From Nitrospira sp. (GTDB lineage Bacteria > Nitrospirota > Nitrospiria > Nitrospirales > Nitrospiraceae), in assembly GCA_036376045.1 (NCBI GenBank), contig DASVBB010000116.1, forward strand, positions 1,916-65,915: a stretch of DNA of 64,000 nt, written 5' to 3'. Below are positions 1 through 9,759 of the stretch, one piece after another. A program made the translations under genes and the position numbers. The notes beneath the pieces are model-generated. The model did not search any database and was not told the origin of the DNA. It saw only the letters and a program-made list of their open reading frames with translations. Each line of letters opens with the position of its first letter. The first letter of the stretch is position 1.

Positions 1-663
<663 letters not shown>

Positions 664-745
664 CTAGCATCGAGGTCCCATGGAGTCAATGAACGCAAGG
701 CTGGCGCGGGTTGACAGGGTCAGAGAAGAGGAGAGACGATGACGC

Positions 746-1759
746 ATGCGGCCGACTTCCAATCCGCCGAATCCGTTCGAATCTAGACATCGTGATTTGC
801 TCGAGCCGGCGCCTGCGGCCCGCCTCGAAATGTATGACGATGCGAGCAGGGAGATTCTCAGCAGGAACGACAGTCCAGACCTGTCGTTCCGGTGGAGCGT
901 GAATCCCTATCGGGGCTGCTTTCACGCCTGCGCCTATTGTTATGCCCGCCCGACTCATGAATACTGGGGCCTCGGCGCGGGCACCGACTTCGAATCCAAG
1001 ATCATCGTCAAACGTCAGGCGAGCGCACTCTTGCGGCAGGCCTTTGAAAAGCCCTCCTGGAAGGGTGAGTTGATCGTCTTCTCCGGCAATACCGATTGTT
1101 ACCAACCGCTTGAAGCCTCCCTGGAGTTGACGCGGGCCTGTCTCGAGGTCTGCGCCGAATACCGCAATCCGGTTGCCATCATTACGAAAGGTGTCCTGGT
1201 GCAGCGGGATCTCGATATTCTTCAGCGTCTCCAGCGGGAGGCCTGGGTACGCGTGTACTTCAGCATTCCATTCACCGATGACGAGGTCGCCCGCAGGGTG
1301 GAGCCGCAGGCGCCCACGAGCCGTAAGCGCTTCGAGGCCATGGCCAAGTTATCGGAAGCCGGCATTCCGACAGGTATTTCGATCTCGCCCATTATCCCGG
1401 GACTCAATGATGAAGACATTCCGGAATTACTGCAGCGTGCAAGGGAGGCAGGTGCTCGTGAGGCGATATCCACCCTCCTGCGATTGGCCAAATCGGTCGA
1501 AGCCGTCTTTGTCGAACGGATGTCCGAAGCCTTCCCGGAGCGAATCGGGAAGATGACGCATCGCATCCAGGAGGTCCGGCGAGGCGCCATGACGGACGGA
1601 GCGTTTTTTTCACGGCATCATGGGGAAGGGCCGTATTGGGCGATGATCGAGCGGTTGTTTAATGTGGCGAAGCGGAAAACCGGCTTTACAGAATCGGACG
1701 ATCAGCCGGTGCCTCATACGTTCCGCCGTCCAGGAAGCGAGCAAGCGCGGTTGTTCTGA
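746..1759 (+). CDS. radical SAM protein (PA0069/SplB-like family)
   Basis: 337-aa ORF with a CxxxCxxC iron-sulfur motif (RGCFHACAYCYAR) near the N-terminus and ordinary amino-acid composition. The family name is from memory of similar NPPNPF... N-termini. Confidence 0.8.
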   Translation: MRPTSNPPNPFESRHRDLLEPAPAARLEMYDDASREILSRNDSPDLSFRWSVNPYRGCFHACAYCYARPTHEYWGLGAGTDFESKIIVKRQASALLRQAFEKPSWKGELIVFSGNTDCYQPLEASLELTRACLEVCAEYRNPVAIITKGVLVQRDLDILQRLQREAWVRVYFSIPFTDDEVARRVEPQAPTSRKRFEAMAKLSEAGIPTGISISPIIPGLNDEDIPELLQRAREAGAREAISTLLRLAKSVEAVFVERMSEAFPERIGKMTHRIQEVRRGAMTDGAFFSRHHGEGPYWAMIERLFNVAKRKTGFTESDDQPVPHTFRRPGSEQARLF

Positions 1760-1775
1760 CCATAGGAGATGAGCG

Positions 1776-2144
1776 ATGAAGCATAATCCGGGGTTTCTCA
1801 AACTGGTGGACGCGGCGCGGGCCAGAGTCAAGGAATGCTCGATCGCCGAGGCCAAACGCAGGCTGGATCGCGGCGAGGTCGTACACTTCATTGATGTGCG
1901 TGAAGATCATGAGTTTGCCAAAGAACACGCAAAAGGCGCCCGGCACGTCGGCAAGGGTATCATCGAACGGGACATTGAAACCTTGGTCTCCGACAAGCAG
2001 GCCCCGATTCTTCTGTATTGCGGTGGTGGCTACCGGTCGGCGCTGGCGGCCGATGCACTGACGCAGATGGGTTACGCGAACGTCACATCGATGGACGGCG
2101 GCATCAAGGCCTGGAGAGAGGCGGGCTATCCGATGGAATCCTGA
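1776..2144 (+). CDS. rhodanese-like sulfurtransferase domain protein
   Basis: 122 aa. Active-site loop CGGGYRS (Cys-x5-Arg type) followed by GYANVTSMDGGIKAW, typical of single-domain rhodaneses. Sits 16 nt after the radical SAM gene. Confidence 0.8.
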   Translation: MKHNPGFLKLVDAARARVKECSIAEAKRRLDRGEVVHFIDVREDHEFAKEHAKGARHVGKGIIERDIETLVSDKQAPILLYCGGGYRSALAADALTQMGYANVTSMDGGIKAWREAGYPMES

Positions 2145-2170
2145 CGGAACCTCGCTGGCGAAGTTCCGTC
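2143..2170. terminator. hairpin between convergent genes (possible bidirectional terminator)
   Basis: GACGGAAC (2143-2150) pairs with GTTCCGTC (2163-2170), giving an 8-bp stem and 12-nt loop. It overlaps the rhodanese stop codon and lies just before the 3' end of the Skp gene. No U-tract. Confidence 0.35.
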
Positions 2171-2184
2171 GGCGGAAGGACGGG

Positions 2185-2748
2185 TCACTTATTGTTGACC
2201 CGATCGAATTCCTTGATCACCTGATCTGTCAGATCGATGGTGTCCTTGCTATAAATCACGATCTTGATGGTTTGCTCGCTGCCTTTGTCGACGACGATGG
2301 CAAATCCGCCTTTTTCAGCCACCGTCTGGGTGGCGAGTGCAATCCGTTTCATATAGTCGTCGACGAGCTCTTTCTGTTTGCCCTGCAGCTCCTGATTAAA
2401 CTCCTGCGCGCGTTTCTGATAATCCTGAATCTTGCTGCGGAACTGTGCTTCCTTTTCTTTCTTTTCTCCTTCGCTGAGTTTCGAGGCGGATTCTTTCAGA
2501 GTCTTTTCCGTGTTGCGCAGTTCTTCCTCGTCACGGGAAAGCAGCTTCTGTCTCGTCGAGACGTATTCCTTGAGCCCGTCCAGCGCTTTCTTGCCGGCCT
2601 TCGATTTTTCCAAAACGACCTGAGGGTCAATGACGCCCATCTTGAACGCATCCGCAGCTGCCGCGCCGGAAGCCGAAAGGATGAGCCACGTCCCGGTGAC
2701 CGCCAATGCCACCATCATCTGACCCCAACGGGTCTTCGCCTTAGGCAT
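2185..2748 (-). CDS. skp: OmpH/Skp family periplasmic chaperone
   Basis: 187 aa. N-terminal signal peptide (MVALAVTGTWLILSASGAAAA), then a Lys/Glu/Gln-rich helical body starting KMGVIDPQVVLEKSKAGKKA, as in Skp/OmpH proteins. Confidence 0.75.
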   Translation of the reverse strand: MPKAKTRWGQMMVALAVTGTWLILSASGAAAADAFKMGVIDPQVVLEKSKAGKKALDGLKEYVSTRQKLLSRDEEELRNTEKTLKESASKLSEGEKKEKEAQFRSKIQDYQKRAQEFNQELQGKQKELVDDYMKRIALATQTVAEKGGFAIVVDKGSEQTIKIVIYSKDTIDLTDQVIKEFDRVNNK

Positions 2749-2864
2749 AGTATCCGCTCCTTAATGGATGAGAAGCTGTGCTGTTGTGAAGAGGGGAGAA
2801 TAGCGGCGCGGGGTAGTACTGTCAAGGGAGTGACGCGGGGCCGTCCTCGTCGCCGGTCCGGCCG

Positions 2865-4358
2865 TCAGACGAAGTAGCGGTTGGTGTCAATTTTGTGCTC
2901 GGTGTTGTCAATGAGGCGAACGATGTAGTGACGGTATTCGCCGTTCTCGTTCTTCTCACGGAGATCGAGTTCACGGCCGTTTTCGATCGCTTCGCCCTGG
3001 GGATCCGTGATGACCTTGACGTAAGGGTACTCCGCCTCGGACGGATCCGAAGCCGGCTTCAGCACGACGGCCAGCTCGTTGCTGTCGAGCAGGACCAAGC
3101 TGCCGATTGGAATGATACCGACGCACGTCATGAACAGTTTCATCAGGATCGGGTCGAAGGATTTTCCCGCTTTGCCGAACATGAATCCCAGGACTTTCGA
3201 CGGGGACATCGGTTCGCGCCGATACACGCGCGACGACGTCATGGCGTCATAGCAATCCGCGATCATGAGAATGCGGCCGGTCATCGACAGCTTCCACGAA
3301 ACGTTCAATTTCGGGTAGCCCGAAAAGTCGAGATTCATATGGTGCTCGAATGAGGCCGACGCCATCCGGCCTGGCAGGTTGGTAATGCCGCGCATCTTGG
3401 CCAGGCTGAGCGCGCCTTCCGTGGGATGATTGCGCATCATGCCCCATTCTTCTTCGGTGAATTCGCCGGGCTTGTTGAGCACTTCCATGGGAATCGTGGC
3501 CTTCCCTAAATCATGAAACAAGGCTGCGAGCCCCAAATCCGCAAGCTCGACTTTGGGGTAGCCGGCGCGGTTACCGAGCGCCATGGACAGCAGGGCGACG
3601 TTGACCGAATGGTTGTGCGTATACTGATCGTGACAGCGAAGGGTCGTGAGGCCCAACAGGGAGGCCTCGTCGTTCATCATCAGATCGACGATACTTTGGA
3701 TCGCCCGCTTCGCCTGCTTGAAACCGATCGTGCCTTTCTCCCGGGAGTCTTGTACCAGGGTGCCGACGGCTGATGCCGCATTGGCATAACGGCTCTTCGC
3801 CGTGGCTTTGCCGCGGAGCACGCGCCGCTCCTCGACGTCGATGCCCTTGACGGCGTGCTGCTCCAGCGCAGCGCGCAGCGTCGAAATGGAGCTGTTGGCT
3901 GTATCAAACAGGCCCAATTGGAAGATGAGTTCACGAAAGTCCCGCGACTCGACGTCTTTGGAAAAGGACACTCCGCCGATGTTCCACTGATTCAGTGTAT
4001 CGATGACCGTCGCAAACACCGGCATCTGGGCCGACGTGACTTTCAGATGCCGCTGGCCCAAGAACAGGAAGTCGTTCTGCAGACGGACAGTAATCGGTTC
4101 GTCCTGGGCAAGGGCCTTGATCACCGTGAGGGCGCTATCGACAGGACTGTCCAGTGCCGTGTTGGTGCGCCCGTGCAATTTGGACATTTTGATCAGGATG
4201 CTCATCTGCGTGACCAACTGGGTCCCGAGCATCAGGATCTGCTGATCGTAGATGTCGCCGGCTTCCGAGCCTTTCGCGACCTTCTTGGTCAACGACTTCT
4301 CATGCGTCAGGATCGGTTGGGTCGCTGTGATGTCGGGAGCGCGTACTGGGTCAGCCAT
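2865..4358 (-). CDS. HD-GYP domain c-di-GMP phosphodiesterase with uncharacterised N-terminal region
   Basis: ORF 2865..4592 trimmed to ATG 4358, because the upstream in-frame part is Arg/His-rich and overlaps the preceding gene's stop. Motifs HNHSVNVA, LFHDLGK (HD) and HHMNLDFSGYPK (GYP) lie in the C-terminal half. Confidence 0.85.
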   Translation of the reverse strand: MADPVRAPDITATQPILTHEKSLTKKVAKGSEAGDIYDQQILMLGTQLVTQMSILIKMSKLHGRTNTALDSPVDSALTVIKALAQDEPITVRLQNDFLFLGQRHLKVTSAQMPVFATVIDTLNQWNIGGVSFSKDVESRDFRELIFQLGLFDTANSSISTLRAALEQHAVKGIDVEERRVLRGKATAKSRYANAASAVGTLVQDSREKGTIGFKQAKRAIQSIVDLMMNDEASLLGLTTLRCHDQYTHNHSVNVALLSMALGNRAGYPKVELADLGLAALFHDLGKATIPMEVLNKPGEFTEEEWGMMRNHPTEGALSLAKMRGITNLPGRMASASFEHHMNLDFSGYPKLNVSWKLSMTGRILMIADCYDAMTSSRVYRREPMSPSKVLGFMFGKAGKSFDPILMKLFMTCVGIIPIGSLVLLDSNELAVVLKPASDPSEAEYPYVKVITDPQGEAIENGRELDLREKNENGEYRHYIVRLIDNTEHKIDTNRYFV

Positions 4359-4384
4359 GAAGTGACATCCTCGAGTTTCCGATG

Positions 4385-6139
4385 CTATGCGGTCCGCTGC
4401 TGTTTGGTGGCGCCGGCGATCGCCGTTACGCACGCTTGCTTGACAGTGGCGGTACCTTTCTTGGTGCCGGTGTCCAATGCGGCCAGTGCGGCAATAGTTC
4501 CAAGCTTGCCAAGTGCATCGACCGCCAACAGGGCAAGGTCCTCCCGTTTCTTCCGGTTGGTCCAACCCCATTCGGTCAGCAGCATTGTCCAATAGGGCAC
4601 TGCGTCATCTCCCGCCGTCATGCGCATCGCGTGGAATATATTTCGCTTCTCCGCCGGCTCACGATCGTTGAAATTTTCGGCATTGACGATCGGTTCCCAC
4701 ATGGCAAAGGTCGCCGTGTAGTGGCCGGTCAGCAGGGGTTTGAGCGTTGCCAGGCGTACGCCTTCGTCCGCATCGTTGAGCAACGAAACGAGTTTCGCCG
4801 CGCTTCCGCTGGGCCTGAGGCCGGCCAGCGTCCTGATGACCTCCCGTCTGATCAGCGGATCAGGGTAGCGCATGATTTTTTCCACGGCGTCCGCGAGCTT
4901 CGGGTTGTTCCAACGGGTAATGATTCCAAGGAGGTTGCGGACAAACGCCGGCCGGCGATCGGTCAGGTGTTTCACAAGGACGTCAGGAGTCTCTTTCGCC
5001 AGCTCGACCAGGGCATTGGCGATCAGCCCCTGATGGGCCGGCTGCTGCAGATCGCCGAGCAGCGCGCAGAGGGCCGGCATGGCCGACGGTTTCATCATGA
5101 GCAGGACATTCTCGAGTCCGTCGGTGCAGGGCTTGTCGGCGGTGTTGAGATACTGTTGAATCAGCGTTACCAATTCCTGGCTGCCGAGCTGATCGAACAT
5201 GCTCCGGAGCTTCTGTGTGTGCGTCTCGGTGAGATCCGGCCTCAGCGCCTCCGCCTCCGACAGCAGACCCAGGACATGCTCGACGATGCGCCAATGGCCG
5301 CCTTGAAACAGGGAACGGAGGATGCCTTCGAAAATCTCGAACAGCTTGTTCAGCAGGTCCGGTGAGCGTTCGGACGACAGCACGGCGGTGAGGATGTCCA
5401 GGAGATAAAGGATGTTGTCGCGGTTGGATTCCTCGGCAATGTCGTGCGCCAGCGAGGCCATTTCTTCTTTGGTGACCTCGTAACCCATGACGCTGGTCGA
5501 GAGTCTGGATTTTCGCTGCTGCTGATCGCCCTTCCCATCCTTGAGGTTCTTGGCATTGGCTTCGTCGAGAATTTCCCTCAGCGATCCCTCGTCCGGGGCC
5601 TTTCCCTGAGGGGAAAGCACATCATCCACCTCGGACAGCTTCATGACCTCGTCGGCGGTGACGATCGAAAGGGTCGGCAGGTTTCTCGACCATAGCCGCG
5701 TCACGATATCGTCGTCTTCGTTGCCGTCCGCGCCGCTGGTGTTCCAGAGGGCATCAAAAAAGAAGAGGACGTCGTCCTGCTCAATGCCTTGATGAAACGT
5801 GAGTTCCCGGATGCCGTCGCTGTACAGCTTAAAGGCGAAGTTCTCGCTCGATTCGCCCGCCTGCGAGTTGTAGACGGCCGTGTCCTTGAAGAAGAGACCC
5901 TCGCGCTGGACGATAAAGGTCAGGGCGTTGTAGCGTTCCACATGGTTAATCAGTTCGGTGTAAAACTGATCGAAAAACTTCTTTGCCACGCTGTTCTCAT
6001 GGCCGAAGGTCCGGAGGTTTTTCGAGGCCCGATCCAGCGACCTCAGAAGCTGGGTGACCGAGCCCAGTTCCGGGTCAACAGTAGGCTTCGTGGCCATGGC
6101 GGCCGCCATCATGTCCTGGGCAGCTTTGAGATCAGACAT
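4385..6139 (-). CDS. HEAT-repeat protein of unknown function, operonic with the HD-GYP gene
   Basis: 584 aa, same strand, 26 nt upstream of the HD-GYP start. The C-terminal half has HEAT/PBS-lyase-like repeats (DPLIRREVIRTLAGL, DADEGVRLATLKPLL). No catalytic motif recognised. Confidence 0.7.
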   Translation of the reverse strand: MSDLKAAQDMMAAAMATKPTVDPELGSVTQLLRSLDRASKNLRTFGHENSVAKKFFDQFYTELINHVERYNALTFIVQREGLFFKDTAVYNSQAGESSENFAFKLYSDGIRELTFHQGIEQDDVLFFFDALWNTSGADGNEDDDIVTRLWSRNLPTLSIVTADEVMKLSEVDDVLSPQGKAPDEGSLREILDEANAKNLKDGKGDQQQRKSRLSTSVMGYEVTKEEMASLAHDIAEESNRDNILYLLDILTAVLSSERSPDLLNKLFEIFEGILRSLFQGGHWRIVEHVLGLLSEAEALRPDLTETHTQKLRSMFDQLGSQELVTLIQQYLNTADKPCTDGLENVLLMMKPSAMPALCALLGDLQQPAHQGLIANALVELAKETPDVLVKHLTDRRPAFVRNLLGIITRWNNPKLADAVEKIMRYPDPLIRREVIRTLAGLRPSGSAAKLVSLLNDADEGVRLATLKPLLTGHYTATFAMWEPIVNAENFNDREPAEKRNIFHAMRMTAGDDAVPYWTMLLTEWGWTNRKKREDLALLAVDALGKLGTIAALAALDTGTKKGTATVKQACVTAIAGATKQQRTA

Positions 6140-6287
6140 TACTGTCTGTCGTACCGGTAACCCTGCATTTGGTCAAGGAATTCACAAGATTTGGATTCCG
6201 TGTTATTGGCTCTATTTGGCTGAGCCTGCTCCGTAGTTGTCCTACATAGAGCGGACTCAGTAGAATCGCCCCGAAGCTTCGTACAGT

Positions 6288-6953
6288 GTGATCCGCTCTG
6301 TACCGTGGAGGAGTTCGGTGGCCATCATTTGTTTCGGTGACAGTCTGACGGCCGGGTTCCAATCTCCGACGCCGGATGACCCGGCCGGCCAGGAGACCCC
6401 GTACGGCCTGTTTCTACAGGAATGGCTGGGGCCGTCCGTCGAGGTTCGAATCAGTGGAATCTGCGGAGAACTCACAAGCGAAATGGCGATGCGTTTTCGG
6501 CGCGATGTCCTGCAGCATCGACCCACTCACGTGGTGGTGCTCGGCGGGACCAACGACCTGGGCTGGAATGCCGCTCCGGCGGACATCATGAGAAACCTGG
6601 TCAAAATGCATGAACTCGCTCGGGCCTCGCAGATCACGCCGGTGCCCGTCACGGTGCCGTCCCTGCGGGTGGATGTTTCGGAAGGAGGAGTCGACGCGCA
6701 GTCATGGCTCGAGCAGCATCTGGAGCGGCGCCGTCTATTGAACGCGTTGATCGAGGAATACGCCGTCTCAAAACATCTGGCGTGGGTCGACCTGTTCACG
6801 GCGACCGCCGATCCGGAGACGAGGCAGTTGGCCGCACAGTATTCCAACGACGGTCTGCATTTGACCACTGCAGGCTACCGCCTGCTGGCCAGGTTGCTCT
6901 ACGATCAGGTGTTTGCGAACGCTACGGCGAGTGATCGAAAGCGGATACCATGA
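6288..6953 (+). CDS. SGNH/GDSL family hydrolase
   Basis: Block I FGDSLTAG, block III GGTNDLG and block V DGLHLTTAGY (DxxH). The ORF starts at GTG 6288. An alternative GTG at 6318, preceded by GGAGGAG, would give MAIICFGDS... and may be the true start. Confidence 0.8.
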   Translation: MIRSVPWRSSVAIICFGDSLTAGFQSPTPDDPAGQETPYGLFLQEWLGPSVEVRISGICGELTSEMAMRFRRDVLQHRPTHVVVLGGTNDLGWNAAPADIMRNLVKMHELARASQITPVPVTVPSLRVDVSEGGVDAQSWLEQHLERRRLLNALIEEYAVSKHLAWVDLFTATADPETRQLAAQYSNDGLHLTTAGYRLLARLLYDQVFANATASDRKRIP

Positions 6954-7309
6954 TTGCTGACGTTTCGGACCGGGATTTCGACAAGGTGGTGGGAGCTTCC
7001 AAGGCGCCGGTGCTGGTCGAATTCTGGAAACCGGGCTGCAGCGGCTGCAGGTCCTTGACCCGGCAGCTGGAACGTCTGGCCAGTGAGGTCGGCAGCTCTC
7101 TCCTGGTGCTCAAGATGAACGTCGAGGAGAACTTTCAGGTCCCGGCCGAATTGGAAATCACGTCCTTACCTGCGCTGGCGCTGTATCGGGAAGGGCATTT
7201 CGAGCGGTTCATCGGGGGACTCGGCACGAAAGAGGAAATTCTCAAACAGCTTCACCTGCCGGGGCAGCCGGTCACAGAGGCCTCCAGGTTCGGCCGTCCT
7301 GCTGGATAA
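6950..7309 (+). CDS. thioredoxin-fold protein with CSGC active site
   Basis: 119 aa. VLVEFWKPGCSGCR matches the thioredoxin WCxxC position. The start overlaps the SGNH stop as ATGA (6950-6953). Confidence 0.75.
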   Translation: MIADVSDRDFDKVVGASKAPVLVEFWKPGCSGCRSLTRQLERLASEVGSSLLVLKMNVEENFQVPAELEITSLPALALYREGHFERFIGGLGTKEEILKQLHLPGQPVTEASRFGRPAG

Positions 7310-8807
7310 GCCGATCCGCTTCGACGGGGCCGGAGGAGCCCGCGCGATATTCCGGGAGCCATCGGGACCCCTGTTGCTGCCAGGCTTCGAGGATCTTCGT
7401 GATCCACGTCCATGAGGCTTCCACGGCATCTCTTCGCATGAATCGTGACGCATCACCGGCCATGACATCCAGGAGCAACCGTTCGTAAGCCTCGGGCGAA
7501 GGTCGGCCGAACACTTCGGCATATTTGAACGCCATCTCGACCGGGTGGGTCTGCTCTCTGGTGCCCGGGACGCGGGACACGATCCGTAGCGATAAGCCTT
7601 CTTCGGGTTGGATGCGCAGGGCGAGAACATTGGCCGGCTGAGGATGCTGCGGATTGCTGTTGAACAAGATCTGAGGAATGTCCTTGAATTGCACGGCCAC
7701 CTCGCTCGCCCGCTGCGGCAAGGCTTTGCCGGTCCGCAAGTAAAACGGCACACCGGACCAGCGCCAATTCTCGACGAAGCATTTCACTGCCACATAGGTT
7801 TCCGTGGTCGAGTCAGGTTTCACCCCGGATTCACGGCGGTATCCTGGCACGGGTTTGTCGTCCGCCATACCGGCGGCGTATTGCGCGCGGACAGTGTAAG
7901 TTTCCACGTCTTTGCCTGTGATCGGCCGCAGGCAGCGCAGCACTTCCATCTTGGCGTTCCTGACGACGTCAGGATCAAGCGAGTAGGGCGGTTCCATCGC
8001 GACCAGACAGAGGAGTTGAAGCATGTGGTTCTGGATCATGTCGCGGAGCGCACCGGCTTCCTCATAGTAGGAGGCTCTCGTGCCGACGCCTTCGGCCTCG
8101 GCGACCGTGATCTGGACATGGTCGATGTATTTGTGATTCCAGATCGGCTCGAAGATGCTGTTGGCGAAGCGCACGACCATGAGATTCTGGACGGTTTCTT
8201 TGCCCAGGTAATGGTCGATCCGGAAGATCTGTGATTCGTCGAAGACGCGTCCCGTGACGGCATTGATCTGCTGAGCCGAGGTCAGATCGCGGCCGACGGG
8301 TTTTTCCACGATGATTCGTGCGTACGGTCGGGTCGTGCGGACGGCAAGCTCCGCTTGCGCGAGCCCTTCGCAGACGGCCGTGAACGAACTCGGCGGAATA
8401 CTCAAGTAGAAAATCCGGTTGCCCGGCAATCCCAACCCCCGTTCAATGTCTTCGAGGCGGGATTTGAGCGCACGGTAGGTCTGCTGGTCTTCGTTCCCGC
8501 CCGCCAGGTAGAACAGCCGGTCGGCGAAGACATTCCAACGGTCTTCCTTCAGGGGTTGGCGTGAATGAGCCAATACGCCTTCCCGGAGCGTCGCCCGAAA
8601 CTCCTCGTCGGTCATCCCTTTCCTACCGAGGCCGAGCACGGCGAAGTTCGCCGGCAGCAGTCCGTCGAGCATCAAATTGTAGAGGGCGGGAATCAATCGT
8701 CGTCGGGCCAGATCGCCGGAGCCGCCGAAAATCACGAGTGTACAGGGCTCGACCGGGGCAATGGCTTCCTGCGCAGGCGTGATGTCAATTCGTTGAACAG
8801 GTGGCAT
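7272..8807 (-). CDS. zwf: glucose-6-phosphate dehydrogenase
   Basis: 511 aa. NADP-binding FGGSGDLARRRL and the signature RIDHYLGKE. Lies 7 nt downstream of gnd on the same strand. Confidence 0.92.
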   Translation of the reverse strand: MPPVQRIDITPAQEAIAPVEPCTLVIFGGSGDLARRRLIPALYNLMLDGLLPANFAVLGLGRKGMTDEEFRATLREGVLAHSRQPLKEDRWNVFADRLFYLAGGNEDQQTYRALKSRLEDIERGLGLPGNRIFYLSIPPSSFTAVCEGLAQAELAVRTTRPYARIIVEKPVGRDLTSAQQINAVTGRVFDESQIFRIDHYLGKETVQNLMVVRFANSIFEPIWNHKYIDHVQITVAEAEGVGTRASYYEEAGALRDMIQNHMLQLLCLVAMEPPYSLDPDVVRNAKMEVLRCLRPITGKDVETYTVRAQYAAGMADDKPVPGYRRESGVKPDSTTETYVAVKCFVENWRWSGVPFYLRTGKALPQRASEVAVQFKDIPQILFNSNPQHPQPANVLALRIQPEEGLSLRIVSRVPGTREQTHPVEMAFKYAEVFGRPSPEAYERLLLDVMAGDASRFMRRDAVEASWTWITKILEAWQQQGSRWLPEYRAGSSGPVEADRLIQQDGRTWRPL

Positions 8808-8814
8808 GGGGATC

Positions 8815-9708
8815 CTAGCGTTTCACGGCATGGCCGCCGAAGGCATTCCGGAGGGCGGCCAGCATTTTTTCAGCAAACGATTCCTCCTGGCGTGAACGGA
8901 AACGGGTAAAGAGGGCGGCGCTCAGCGTCGGTACCGGGACATTCTTCTCAATGGCGTCCGCCACCATCCATCGCCCTTCGCCGGAGTCTTGCACGAAGCC
9001 TTTGAGTCGATCGAGCCTGGGGTCTTCCTTCAGGGCACTTGCGGCCAGGTCCAGCAACCAGGACCGTACGACGCTGCCTTGCATCCAAAGGTCCGCGATG
9101 CGGGCCAGGTCAAGACGGTAGTCGCTCTTCGACATGAGTTCGAAGCCCTCGGCATAGCCCTGCATCAGGCTGTACTCAATGCCGTTGTGCACCATCTTCA
9201 CATAGTGGCCGGCCCCCGCGGCGCCGACGTGCGCCCAGCCGTTCGGCGGTGCGAGTGTCTCGAAAATCGGCGCCAGTCGCTCGACCGCCTCCTTCTCGCC
9301 TCCGACCATGAGACAGTAGCCATTCTTGAGTCCCCAGATGCCTCCGCTCGTGCCGGCGTCAATATAGCGCACCTTGTTGGCAGCCAGCTCTTTGGAGCGG
9401 CGGACGTCGTCGTGAAACCGCGTGTTGCCGCCGTCAATGATGATGTCGCCGGGCTGAAGCAGCGCGGCGACGGCGTGGACGGTCTCTTCGGTCGGAGGGC
9501 CGGACGGCACCATGATCCACACGGCGCGAGGCGCCTTGAGCCGTTGCACGAGATCCGACAGGGAGGACGCGCCGGTACAGCCGGCGGCAGTGGCGTTCGC
9601 CAGCGCGTCGGCCGAACGGTCATAGGCGGTGACCTGATGGCCGGCACGCTGCAAGCGGGTGACCATATTCAAGCCCATTTTCCCGAGCCCGATAAATCCA
9701 ATGTCCAT
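8815..9708 (-). CDS. gnd: 6-phosphogluconate dehydrogenase, decarboxylating (short ~300-aa form)
   Basis: 297 aa. N-terminal Rossmann MDIGFIGLGKMGLNM, then GNTRFHD, GTSGGIWG and GAGHYVKMVHNGIEY, as in the short Gnd/YqeC-type enzymes. Confidence 0.88.
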   Translation of the reverse strand: MDIGFIGLGKMGLNMVTRLQRAGHQVTAYDRSADALANATAAGCTGASSLSDLVQRLKAPRAVWIMVPSGPPTEETVHAVAALLQPGDIIIDGGNTRFHDDVRRSKELAANKVRYIDAGTSGGIWGLKNGYCLMVGGEKEAVERLAPIFETLAPPNGWAHVGAAGAGHYVKMVHNGIEYSLMQGYAEGFELMSKSDYRLDLARIADLWMQGSVVRSWLLDLAASALKEDPRLDRLKGFVQDSGEGRWMVADAIEKNVPVPTLSAALFTRFRSRQEESFAEKMLAALRNAFGGHAVKR

Positions 9709-9759
9709 GGGACTCCATCAGACAGTCGGTCGCCCGTCGGCGACCGACTGTGTACTCCG

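Noticed and set aside
3855-5365. Long + strand ORFs (3855..4595, 4382..5365) across the HD-GYP/HEAT genes
   Set aside because: Arg/Gly/His/Gln-rich composition typical of antisense frames of high-GC genes. The minus-strand frames carry clear HD, GYP and HEAT motifs.
6436-6446. GGTTCGAATC, a tRNA T-loop-like string
   Set aside because: The flanking bases do not form a T-stem (CGAGG against CAGTG) and no acceptor stem is present. It lies inside the SGNH hydrolase CDS. I found no tRNA, rRNA or CRISPR array anywhere in the window.
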